A DNA stretch of 49,168 nucleotides from Trichomonas gallinae (taxonomy: Eukaryota): NCBI GenBank assembly GCA_008369845.1, contig MRSU01007434.1, positions 1 to 49,168 of the forward strand, in the 5' to 3' direction. Numbering within the stretch: position 1 is the first letter of the stretch; the number at the start of each line of letters is the position of its first letter. The notes under the pieces were generated by a model. It was not told where the DNA came from. It ran no database searches and saw only the letters and a program-made list of their open reading frames with translations. Made by a program: the position numbers and the translations under genes. Of the stretch, positions 19,742 through 29,230 are shown in pieces.

Positions 19742-22339
19742 ATGGCTTTGATTTATGGTCCTTCAGCATTAGCTTTTTGCAAGTCTGATGCAGAAATATT
19801 GGTTGCTGGCATTGGCCCTTACATAAGGATATATAGAAAAGAAGATATTCTTTCAGAATTCCTTATTTTTCCAGCAAATATGAGAATAACTGGTTTGTTT
19901 TTCCATAATGAACTTGTTATCGTATATGCTGAAGATATCTTGAAAATAATCGCGTTTAAAGATAACTTCTTATCGATCGAAATTATTTCTTCATTACAAT
20001 TTATCGACTGGATTGTTACAGCACGTGTTGAATCTGACAATAAAATCACATCAGTTCTTCATCATGGACAAATTGCTTACTCAACATTCGAAAAAATAGA
20101 AAATCTAATTCGTCCTTCTTTATGGAAAATAGTTGTGTCTGCAAAAATCATTGATCAAGGCATAGTTATCGGTGACTCATTCGGAACAATAAGTTTATTC
20201 AATCCAGAAACAGGAAAATACTTCGAAGCAAATCACGATCGAGGTTCTGTCTTTGATATTGACATAAAAGGCGAAAACATTGTAGCAAGCTACGAATTTC
20301 ATACAGTCGCACAATGGAAATTGCATGATGATAGTTTTGAGCTTCTTTCATCTTCTTCGCCGCATCCATCACGTGTTCTTGGCGCGAAATTCATTGGTGA
20401 AATCCCAGTATCACTCGGTGAAGATGGATACATGAAATTCCACGATGGATCAAATTCAAGCTATCATTTGCACAGAGTTAAACTTATAACGAGTTTCTGT
20501 GTCAACGATAACCTTGAAATCGCAACTGCTGGCTTTGATAGCGTGATCAGAAGGTTTTATTTACCAATTCAATCAATTCCATCAACTTTCAAGCGAAATG
20601 ATAAAAGCGAGCAAGTTGTTAACGCTTGCATTCTTGGTGATGAATCATTCATCATAGCAACAAACGGTGGAGATGCAATTAAGATGCCAGATAATGAAAT
20701 CTTGGCTCATTCTAACGGAGCATTCTTCATTTTAGGATCAAATGGGAAGCTTGCTGCTGGAGCTTCGAGAGCCTATGATGTTTTCATTTATGATGGCGAG
20801 AAATGTTTCACATCACAACTACCGAGACAAAAGGCGCCTTCTACTATCGCTATTTCCAAGTTTGGAGTCTTTGTTGTCTTAAATGATATCACTTTAGTTG
20901 TATATTCTCTCACTGGTGAATTAATCCTTGACACTCCACTGACAGAATACTTCAAGCGTCCGCCAAATGTCGCTGCAGCATCTAATGACATCCAATCATT
21001 AGTGATTTGCGCGCATTCTACGAGAATCACAACATTCGATTTCTCTAGCGACATGAAGAATATCGAAATCGCTACTAGAATAGACACAACGAGCTCAGGA
21101 TTCAGCGGTGCGACATATGCTGATGACTGCTACTATTGCGTCGGACGAACTGATGGCGTTGTTACCATTCTCGCGAAGCAAGAAAACAACTGGGTCATCA
21201 AGTCTTTATATCAACTTCCGGGAGGCGGAAAGAGCAGCTTAGGAGTTTCTTCACTGAAAGATAAGATAGTTTGTGCAGCTTTATCTAAGACAGGTGTTTC
21301 ATTCTATGATATTGTCAACCAGATGGAACTCGGATCTCTCGATTTTGGAGGGAAACACTTGAGAACGACTTTCTCGACAACATTCGATGATGGAATTTTT
21401 GCTGTTTACTGGGAATCCGACTGTTTATACTCAAGCAAAGTCGCAATTGTTTGTGGAACAGCAACATCTCCATCATTCCACGGACTCAGAGGTTTGTTTG
21501 CACAAAGGTCCGGCGATAACATGCTGCTGTCAGGAAGCTGCGATAGAGATATCAGAGTTTGGTCATTCAGCGATAATAAGATAACACTCGAAGATGTTGT
21601 TCAGTCAGTTGACAGCGGAACACATGCTATTGCAACAGATGGAAAAACAGTTTATACAGGTGGCTCACAGCAGCTATTGTTCGAATGGGAGTTGAGCAAC
21701 AAAAAGTTGTTCTCTAAGAGATCATTTGACTTAACACCGCTGACTGCAGGCGGACTATGCAAACGAAGGGTCACAACACTATGCATGAATGATGAATTCG
21801 TTTTCGTCGCATTGTCAGATGCAACACTCTACAAACTTTCTCGTAATGATTTTAGTTTGATCGAAAAGTTCGACACACCAGGCGTTGCTATGTCATCTGA
21901 TTATCTCGATGGAGTCCTCAGCTGCGCAACATCGAAAGGCTCCGTCTGGTTTAATGGAAATTCGCAGACAATAGCAAAGTGCGGCATCCACTGCATGAAG
22001 CTGGCGAATTTCGCAGAAAAACTTATCGTTGTCACATCATGTGATGATGGAATTGTCAGAATCCATACCATGGGAGACAGTGAATTGACCCTGATGGCAG
22101 AAATTGGACCTAACCACACTGGTGGTGTCAAGTCAATCGATGTGAAGATTGATGCGAAAGGACTGAACATTGTCTCATTCAGTTATGACCAAGCCGCATA
22201 TTTGCATTTGATTGGCAGCGACTTTTCAATCCTTGAAGAGAAGAAATTTGACAGCTGCATTTCTCATGGCGAATCTGTTTCATTCTTGGATCGCGGATTT
22301 GCGGTTTATGGAACAGGCCTTCAGTACTTTGAGATGTAA
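19742..22339 (+). CDS. Multi-propeller WD40 protein, WDR6/Trm734-like (Trm7 2'-O-methyltransferase partner)
   Basis: 865-aa all-beta protein starting YGPSALAF...LVAGIGPYI, with HPSRV, SLGEDG, TAGFDS, FHGLRG and SGSCDRDIRVW. Confidence 0.72.
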   Translation: MALIYGPSALAFCKSDAEILVAGIGPYIRIYRKEDILSEFLIFPANMRITGLFFHNELVIVYAEDILKIIAFKDNFLSIEIISSLQFIDWIVTARVESDNKITSVLHHGQIAYSTFEKIENLIRPSLWKIVVSAKIIDQGIVIGDSFGTISLFNPETGKYFEANHDRGSVFDIDIKGENIVASYEFHTVAQWKLHDDSFELLSSSSPHPSRVLGAKFIGEIPVSLGEDGYMKFHDGSNSSYHLHRVKLITSFCVNDNLEIATAGFDSVIRRFYLPIQSIPSTFKRNDKSEQVVNACILGDESFIIATNGGDAIKMPDNEILAHSNGAFFILGSNGKLAAGASRAYDVFIYDGEKCFTSQLPRQKAPSTIAISKFGVFVVLNDITLVVYSLTGELILDTPLTEYFKRPPNVAAASNDIQSLVICAHSTRITTFDFSSDMKNIEIATRIDTTSSGFSGATYADDCYYCVGRTDGVVTILAKQENNWVIKSLYQLPGGGKSSLGVSSLKDKIVCAALSKTGVSFYDIVNQMELGSLDFGGKHLRTTFSTTFDDGIFAVYWESDCLYSSKVAIVCGTATSPSFHGLRGLFAQRSGDNMLLSGSCDRDIRVWSFSDNKITLEDVVQSVDSGTHAIATDGKTVYTGGSQQLLFEWELSNKKLFSKRSFDLTPLTAGGLCKRRVTTLCMNDEFVFVALSDATLYKLSRNDFSLIEKFDTPGVAMSSDYLDGVLSCATSKGSVWFNGNSQTIAKCGIHCMKLANFAEKLIVVTSCDDGIVRIHTMGDSELTLMAEIGPNHTGGVKSIDVKIDAKGLNIVSFSYDQAAYLHLIGSDFSILEEKKFDSCISHGESVSFLDRGFAVYGTGLQYFEM

Positions 22340-22663
22340 ATTTATTGTTTTATAGATAGAATAAAGGATTATAAATTTTTATATTTTTTTAATTCGAATC
22401 CGACCAAATAATTGATAATTCTCATAGAATAATTCAATTATTTTGTGAATAAAACGTGACGAGGGCCTTCTGTCGTCTGGTGAATAATTTCAACATTCAG
22501 ACATTTTTGGTTCTCGTAACATTCAATCTTGATTGCCAGCAAAATAAGCAATTCTGCTTGCTAGTCATTTCTATTTAAATATTAAATTCATAGAAAAACA
22601 AATCAATTATAATACATTTGAAAACAGCAATGTTAAGAATAAAACAACAGAACAAATATATCT

Positions 22664-24106
22664 TTAATCGTCGGTTTGCTTCGATGCATTCAAGTTTGTG
22701 GAAGATGAAATCAAAAGGTCTGGGTCGTTCGCAAGTCTCATCACCTCTGAATGGAGTGCTCTCTGATGCGATTGAGCGTCGAGTTCTGACCTTGTTTGCT
22801 TTGTTCGCCCAACTGATGCCTTCCTCGCATCTCTCATCAGCGAATCTGATCTTCTCATGTTTGTGAGTGCCTGGATTCTGATACTGTCTGCATCGACGAC
22901 ATCTTTCTCGCCTTCAGCATCACCGAAAGCGTTCTGCATTGACCGAGATGTCGTGTCGATTCCGTTGCCCCAGTCGTGTATCCACTGCTCCATGAACTGC
23001 CTCTCGTCGGTGAGCTTCAGCCTCTTTCCTTCGAGCCTGATCTGCTTCATCTGCGTGTCGAGCGCGACTGCTGCCTTCGCCGTCTCGATCCTCTCCTCGT
23101 CAGCCTTCGCACGGTGGAGCTGCTCGATCGTGTCGAACGTCTGCTTCTTGCGAGCTTTGACTTTCTCTGCCTCGTCCGCTGCCCTTCTTTCTTCTGTGAG
23201 CTGCTTCTGGAGGTTCGCGAGCTTGTCGTGGTCTGACTGCAGTGTCCTGAGGACAACAGCGTCTGTCGAGGCCTCGATGATCGGGTACTGGCCCTTATCG
23301 AGCGGCTGGAACTGGTGTGAAGTGAACAGCGAGTTCGGAACATTCCGCCAGATTTCTTGCGCGATTGCGACGAGTTTTTTGACATTTGCAGGGCGCCTCG
23401 TTGAGTGGAATGTTGCGTGATCAAGGCGGAGCTGCGCGCTGTTGACCTCAAGCCATGCGACAACGAGGAACTCGAAGAACTGTGGATTCGAAGAGAAAAC
23501 GACATCCATTAAATCAAACCATGACTGATCGTAGAGAATCTCTGCGAAACAGCTGCGATACACTGGCCATGCTGCGAAACCTGTTCCGAGAGCTTCACGA
23601 AGCGGTAAATCTCTGTCTGCGAGAATTGCATCGATTCTTGAGATAACATCAGGTGGAGGGCCAGGAACAACGGAAATCCACTCATGGAAGTAGTTAGTGA
23701 GGAATGTTACGACAACTTCGAAGCAAAATAAAAGATCTTTTCCAAAAGCGTTAACAATTTTGTCAACGAAAGGAGGAAGCCAGTCACAGTTGATGAGAGG
23801 AGCATGCCAGTGAATAAGTGCGTTGAAAATAGTCAAGCATTTCGGACTGCAGCCCTTTGCAGAACAAAGTTTTCTTGCCTGAGGGAGCTGTGCTTTGTTG
23901 CAGTAAAATTGGAAAGAATCTTTATTTCTCGGCAGTTGTAGAATGAATTCCCATATAGCTTTGCGAAAATCTGCTGGATAACAGTTAAATTTTGATAAAA
24001 TCGCTTTGAGTTTTTGTGGATTTATTTCTGTTGGCGGCTCATTCTTCGGTCCAAGGTATATTAATCCAGATGGAGTCTGATGAACACTCGATAAAGCATC
24101 ATACAT
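22664..24106 (-). CDS. TBC1D31/WDR67-like TBC-domain protein with C-terminal coiled coil (no WD40 part)
   Basis: KLKAILSKFNCYPADFRKAIWEFILQLPRN, LIHWHAPLINCDWLP and CFEVVVTFLTNY. Confidence 0.75.
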   Translation of the reverse strand: MYDALSSVHQTPSGLIYLGPKNEPPTEINPQKLKAILSKFNCYPADFRKAIWEFILQLPRNKDSFQFYCNKAQLPQARKLCSAKGCSPKCLTIFNALIHWHAPLINCDWLPPFVDKIVNAFGKDLLFCFEVVVTFLTNYFHEWISVVPGPPPDVISRIDAILADRDLPLREALGTGFAAWPVYRSCFAEILYDQSWFDLMDVVFSSNPQFFEFLVVAWLEVNSAQLRLDHATFHSTRRPANVKKLVAIAQEIWRNVPNSLFTSHQFQPLDKGQYPIIEASTDAVVLRTLQSDHDKLANLQKQLTEERRAADEAEKVKARKKQTFDTIEQLHRAKADEERIETAKAAVALDTQMKQIRLEGKRLKLTDERQFMEQWIHDWGNGIDTTSRSMQNAFGDAEGEKDVVDADSIRIQALTNMRRSDSLMRDARKASVGRTKQTRSELDAQSHQRALHSEVMRLANDPDLLISSSTNLNASKQTDD

Positions 24107-24154
24107 CACTCAAAAAACAAATTTTTTAGAAAATGTACGTTTAGAAAAAATCTC

Positions 24155-24189
24155 GTCACTTTTTGTAAAGTTTTGTCACTTTTTGTAAA
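24155..24189. promoter_or_regulatory. Tandem GTCACTTTTTGTAAA x2 (contains trichomonad motif 2, AAAGTGAC, on minus strand) in a 92-bp bidirectional promoter
   Basis: Exact 15-bp repeat at 24155 and 24175, between divergent ATGs at 24106 and 24199. Confidence 0.6.
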
Positions 24190-24198
24190 CAAAAACAT

Positions 24199-24870
24199 AT
24201 GAATACATCTCGACCGGAGCCAACGCCAAGGGGCGTCAAGATACAGCGCAAAGATCCGCCTCCTACACCCAGGAGGATAGAAAAACACCCCGGCGGCAAA
24301 CCAAAGAAAGCTTTGTCCGATGAAGATAAAGAAACAATCAATTCGTTGAAACGTGAACAAGAAAGACTCACTGAAGAGCTCGAAGAAGAAAAGCAGCAGA
24401 GTGAGAAGATGAAAAACCTCTATACAGGTGATTTAAACTATTATATTGGTTTGCAGAAACAAGCTTTCACAAAAATCAAGAATTTGCTTTCAAAAGCCAA
24501 TCAGGATGACCCACACGTAGCAGAGGCGCTTAAATTACTTGGAGTTTACGACCAACAAGAAACTGGATTCATCCCTGATACACCGAGAGTTGCCCACTTG
24601 GCTGAAGAAGCTAGAGAGGCAGAAATGGCTGCTGACAAGCATAAAAGAGAGAATCGCAATCTTAAACAAGCTTATAAACAATTATGCCAAGAATTACATG
24701 AATTGGATGATAAAATCGCTGATGCTGAATCAAGACTCGAAGTTGTTACTAACAAACGTAAAGAAACCCACACAACACTTCACAACTTTATCGAGAAATG
24801 CAAACAGCGTGAAGCAGCGTGGAAAGAGAAGGTTGCATCACTCGAAGCAAAGATAGAAGCACAAGGATAA
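24199..24870 (+). CDS. Coiled-coil hypothetical protein
   Basis: 223-aa ORF with a basic/proline-rich N-terminus followed by a long heptad coiled coil. Confidence 0.8.
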   Translation: MNTSRPEPTPRGVKIQRKDPPPTPRRIEKHPGGKPKKALSDEDKETINSLKREQERLTEELEEEKQQSEKMKNLYTGDLNYYIGLQKQAFTKIKNLLSKANQDDPHVAEALKLLGVYDQQETGFIPDTPRVAHLAEEAREAEMAADKHKRENRNLKQAYKQLCQELHELDDKIADAESRLEVVTNKRKETHTTLHNFIEKCKQREAAWKEKVASLEAKIEAQG

Positions 24871-25276
24871 TACAATAATAATGTTAACATCAATATTTTT
24901 GTTTTTGTAATAAATAATATCATTAATATAAACCAATAACTATTTTATTTGATCTACTATAATGCTAATGAAATTACTGTTAAATAAATTAATTTTTGAA
25001 TTTTAAAAAATATATCATATCAAACCAGCCAAAAAATCTAATGAATATTTGGATTTTAGATCCTATATTTTCATTTTTTTCATTTAGATAAGTTGATGTC
25101 GTTGATAATATAAAAAAATTTTATTATTTTAGAAGAAAACTGATTTGATTAAGTTTAAAGAATATTTTTTTTAGAAGAAAAATTATTTGGCAACAACGAA
25201 AATAGTGAATGTTGATAAAATAATATTTGTAAATATAAATTAGTCGAATGTTATAACCAAAAAAAGAAAAAAATCT

Positions 25277-25954
25277 TTAGTGACGAGGAAGTGGGAACTC
25301 TTCCTGGGAGAAGCCATCCTTTGTAAATACACAGAGCTGGAGTGCATCACCTGTATAGATATCTCTCTCTGTAACAGAGCAGATAGCATCACGAACAATA
25401 TTCTTAGCATCATCGAAAGGAACCTGTGGGAATGGCCTAGTATTATGGTGGATAGTTCCGAATGCGGCATCAAGGAGTGGAGCAGCAAGAGCAGAACCAG
25501 AGCCGTTGCAGTCATAGCGGAGGTCTTCGATTGTACCTACTGGATCGTAGCCATATAACTTACCCTTTCCTTCCTTTGTGATGCCGCCTACTAAAATATG
25601 GGCATAGTATGGGAAGAATCTCTTAGAATATAATGTATTTGAGACACATCTAGCGACAGATTCGACAGACATTTCGTGGAAGTGTTGATTTTCGTAATTG
25701 GCTAAAATCGCGCGCATTCTTGTAATAAATGCATCGATATCACCGTCGAAACCGGTGGCAGAAATCATGCAGTTAGAATTCATTTTGAAAATGCGTGTCT
25801 TGTGGCGGGAGTCGATAGAATAGTCAGCGGATAACCTTGTATCTGCACCAATGACGACATAGTCATCACCGCAGATACCGATAGCTGTGCCGCCGTGCAT
25901 CTCGTACGGGCTCCACTGCTGCTTCTTATTTTCGATAACAGGAACCTCCATCAT
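25277..25954 (-). CDS. PSMB1: 20S proteasome subunit beta type 6 (PSMB1/Pre7)
   Basis: WSPYEMHGGTAIGICGDDYVVIGADTRLS, LYSKRFFPYY, YDPVG and ERDIYTGD. Confidence 0.95.
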   Translation of the reverse strand: MMEVPVIENKKQQWSPYEMHGGTAIGICGDDYVVIGADTRLSADYSIDSRHKTRIFKMNSNCMISATGFDGDIDAFITRMRAILANYENQHFHEMSVESVARCVSNTLYSKRFFPYYAHILVGGITKEGKGKLYGYDPVGTIEDLRYDCNGSGSALAAPLLDAAFGTIHHNTRPFPQVPFDDAKNIVRDAICSVTERDIYTGDALQLCVFTKDGFSQEEFPLPRH

Positions 25955-26593
25955 GTGATTTATTATGAAAACTGTTCAAACAGACCCTCTCAATTCATGG
26001 AGCTCATTATGAATTTTCCTTTTAAATCATTTATTTAGACTAGTTTTCATTTATAGTATTTATATTTAACATAAAAATTCAGTTTTATTTAGATTTATTT
26101 TTTTTGAATTTTGTTATTTTTCAAGATTGGTGATTAAAAATAATCAAAATACATTATATTACACATAATATTGATATTTTTTATAATGACATGTTATATA
26201 AAGCAATATTTATTTTTTGAATTTTATTATTTAATAAAAACAAAGTGACATTTTAAGAAATTATTATAAAGGACTTTTTCAATATGAAAACACATTCTTT
26301 GAGAAATATATTATATATTGAATTTAACATTCATAAATTGACTGCAGCTTATTGTAAATCAATTTATCTAATGCTTAATAAATATACATTAAATTATAAA
26401 GCTATCTTTTCATATTAAATTATGAAATATTAATCGATTTACAATCAAAACACTTGTTATTGCAATTTTGTTGAATATATTCTTTATGTTGACGTATTAT
26501 TATATTCAAAACATGATTATTCCTGGGAATTTAGAAATATGAAATTATAATCTAAAAAATGTATGAATTTAGTTATGAATATATAAAAGCACT

Positions 26594-27730
26594 TTAAGCC
26601 GATAAAAGGCGTAAGAGTTTCTGCAATCTAGCAGTTAAAACTTCACCACGCTTGAGAGCCTCTCTCATCTTAGCAGCGCGAGAGTCTGGTGGATTTGTAT
26701 GTATTGTTCCTGAAACTCTATCAATCTTGGCGTTAAGTTTTCTTGAGAAAATAAATCTGCGAATTTCATCTTCAATAAATTGCTCTGTAACACCAAAAGC
26801 AGAAGCCATAGCAGAAATCTGAAGGGCCTGATATGGTTCTAAGAACTGTGTATAGGCGCGAACGCGTAATTCCTTAATAAGGTAAGATAAGTGCTTGGAG
26901 AACCAAATATCGCACAGTAACTTACTTTCTACTTCAGCGAGAGCGTCGAAGAAATCTCTGTAATTAAGGTGGTATAAAGATAATAAATGATGTGTTGATT
27001 CGTCTGCAGTACGGACTTCCAAAGCCTTGTCAATCTTGGCTCCAAAGTCAGCACGTGATAATGCGAGTGTTGCAAGGACGACTGTGCGATAAATAAATTC
27101 TTCATATGACATAAGTTCTGTAGCTGTGTATGTTGAAATTGTAGAAATGAATAACTGGCTTGCTGGGACGAAGTTTCTTCTAGCGCAAAGGCTGAGGCCC
27201 TCGTAAACTTTAAGTCTGTTCTTTCTTTCCCAATCACCTCCTTCCTTGATGAAAGCCTGAGCCTGGTCATTGAGGTCGTTGAATGTTGAGAAGTCCTTGA
27301 AGAAGAAAGCAACGCGCATTTGGCAGAAAACAACATCAATCTTTTGACCAAGAGCAACTGTGTGTTCTAAAAGGTCATTTAAGCTCTTTTTGATGTTTGC
27401 TAAGTCACCAATGCGAATGTAGAACAACGCTAATGTTTGATAGGCGAGGCGAACATCTTCTTCTGATTGCTTCTCTTTAGCATCTTCGACGGCTTGCTCG
27501 AGCTTTTGGCGCTCTTCGTTGTTGATTGTTGAGACGCGGTTAACGAATTCATTGTCGAGTTCCCAATTGTATAATTCGGCTAATGATTTATAGAAAGGTA
27601 ACATATTATTTTTCTTGATTTCGTCGAGTAAATTTTCGTAGTCAGCGCGAGATTTAGAGTGTGCGTACTGCTCGTGAATGGTTGCTATTTTGAGGTTTGG
27701 GTATGAATCAAGGGGCGAAGACTCACTCAT
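26594..27730 (-). CDS. RPN7: 26S proteasome regulatory subunit Rpn7 (PSMD6)
   Basis: EGGDWERKNRLKVYEG, STYTATEL, RAYTQFLEPY and a PCI-domain tail MASAFGVT...KLNAKIDRVSG. Confidence 0.96.
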   Translation of the reverse strand: MSESSPLDSYPNLKIATIHEQYAHSKSRADYENLLDEIKKNNMLPFYKSLAELYNWELDNEFVNRVSTINNEERQKLEQAVEDAKEKQSEEDVRLAYQTLALFYIRIGDLANIKKSLNDLLEHTVALGQKIDVVFCQMRVAFFFKDFSTFNDLNDQAQAFIKEGGDWERKNRLKVYEGLSLCARRNFVPASQLFISTISTYTATELMSYEEFIYRTVVLATLALSRADFGAKIDKALEVRTADESTHHLLSLYHLNYRDFFDALAEVESKLLCDIWFSKHLSYLIKELRVRAYTQFLEPYQALQISAMASAFGVTEQFIEDEIRRFIFSRKLNAKIDRVSGTIHTNPPDSRAAKMREALKRGEVLTARLQKLLRLLSA

Positions 27731-27805
27731 CTACTATTTTTTTACTTTGTGTTTTGAACAGGTCTGTTCGACTAACTTCCGGGAAATTTTTTGTAATTTT
27801 TTGCA

Positions 27806-27985
27806 ACAAATAACCATAAATCTATGATCACATATATCTAATGATTATAAATTTCTAAAAAATTTGATAAAATTTCATGATTTTTTCTTATTCATAATTT
27901 GAAATCACAAACAACAATAAATTTGCAATCACATATGTCTAGTGAGTGCAGATTTCTAAAATTTTTGTCCAAATTTCAAGATATT
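27806..27985. repeat. Diverged tandem duplication, ~101-bp period
   Basis: ATCACATATATCTAATGA...TTTCTAAAA...AAATTTCA at 27827 versus ATCACATATGTCTAGTGA...TTTCTAAAA...AAATTTCA at 27928. Confidence 0.7.
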
Positions 27986-28487
27986 TTTAGATATTTTTCA
28001 TTTTGCTTATTATATGTGAATAATAAAACAAATCAAACTATATATCATTGGGCTAATTTTTAGTGACTATTTTCATATATCTAATTTTTGATTCAATAAT
28101 CATTGAATTTATTGAGTTGCTAATTCTTTAATTAATTTGAAATGTAGTATATGTTTATTAATACATTAGCAGGAAACCATTAAAAAAAAAATCTCTACAT
28201 TATTTTATGGATGATTTTATAAGTTTAGTCATTTATGCCCGGAAATAACAAAATTCAAACAATTCTTGAACATATGATCGATCATAAAGTATCTCATTAT
28301 TGATTTTCAATTATAGTATTATTTTGGCTTCCGACATGACATTGGAACATATAGTATGCAACCGTAGGGTAATAAATGTTAAATCTTTGATGAAATATAA
28401 GCAATTGTCAAAAGATCCATTTCGGCAAATTCTGTCAATAAAATGTGACATTTAGTGAAATCAGCGAAAGTTGATTTCATTAAAAAC

Positions 28488-29060
28488 ATGCTTATTTTTG
28501 AAATCAGATGGGTTTTCTTCCGATGTATGGGTGAAATACTACGGCAACCGGCTCAAAATCATACTTGTTCTAACGGTTACAATCAATGCAAGTTTTCTCT
28601 ATTAGAAGGCGACAATATAGGAATTGTAAACTATTCTACTTTGAATTTAATCATGCTAAACATGATATTTACTTACTTTATCGTTATTCAACCTTTCTTC
28701 AAGAGTATTGTAATGTAATCAACAACACACAATATTCAACTTATTTGGAGTCATTTATAATGCAGAAGCAGGCCTAACAATTCGAAACTGCACCATAAAA
28801 GATTGTTACAAAAATGGATCCACATTTTGCACCCTCTTATAAGATATATTTTTTATTAATTGTACTATTGATAATTTCACATCATACGGTAATCCAATTA
28901 TATCTACGTCATGTATTAATAATACAAACATTATAAATCATCTTCACCATCTTTCCACAGAAGGATGCAATGCTAAATTTGAACACAAATACTTAAATAC
29001 ACAATGATGCAGGGATATTATCTTTATTCTTTGTCGATGAATATGTATTTCCATTTTTTA
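28488..29060 (+). pseudogene. Internally deleted, frameshifted relic paralogous to the Pmp-like gene at 31564-32582
   Basis: Co-linear DNA similarity: TACTACGGCAACCGGCTC vs TATTACGGCAAACCAGCGC, GGAATTGTAAACTATTC vs GGAATTGTTAATTATTC, GAGTATTGTAATGTAAT vs GAATACTGTAATGTGAT and AACTGCACCATAA vs AACTGCACAATAA. Multiple stops and frameshifts. Confidence 0.78.
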
Positions 29061-29230
29061 ATTTAATGTTTGCGGCAATTTATTATTCATGAATTATTTT
29101 CTAAAGCATTCATTAATGGAGTTTGATATAATAATTAATAATATACTTCATGAATGAATTAAGAAATGCGTGCATGAAAAATCATTTTAATATGTGTTTA
29201 TTTGCACAAACATAATAATAATAGCATTAT

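Noticed and set aside
22857..23646. Several long overlapping ORFs on both strands
   Set aside because: Shadows of the GC-rich 3' half of the TBC1D31-like gene (Ser/Arg-rich, no domains).
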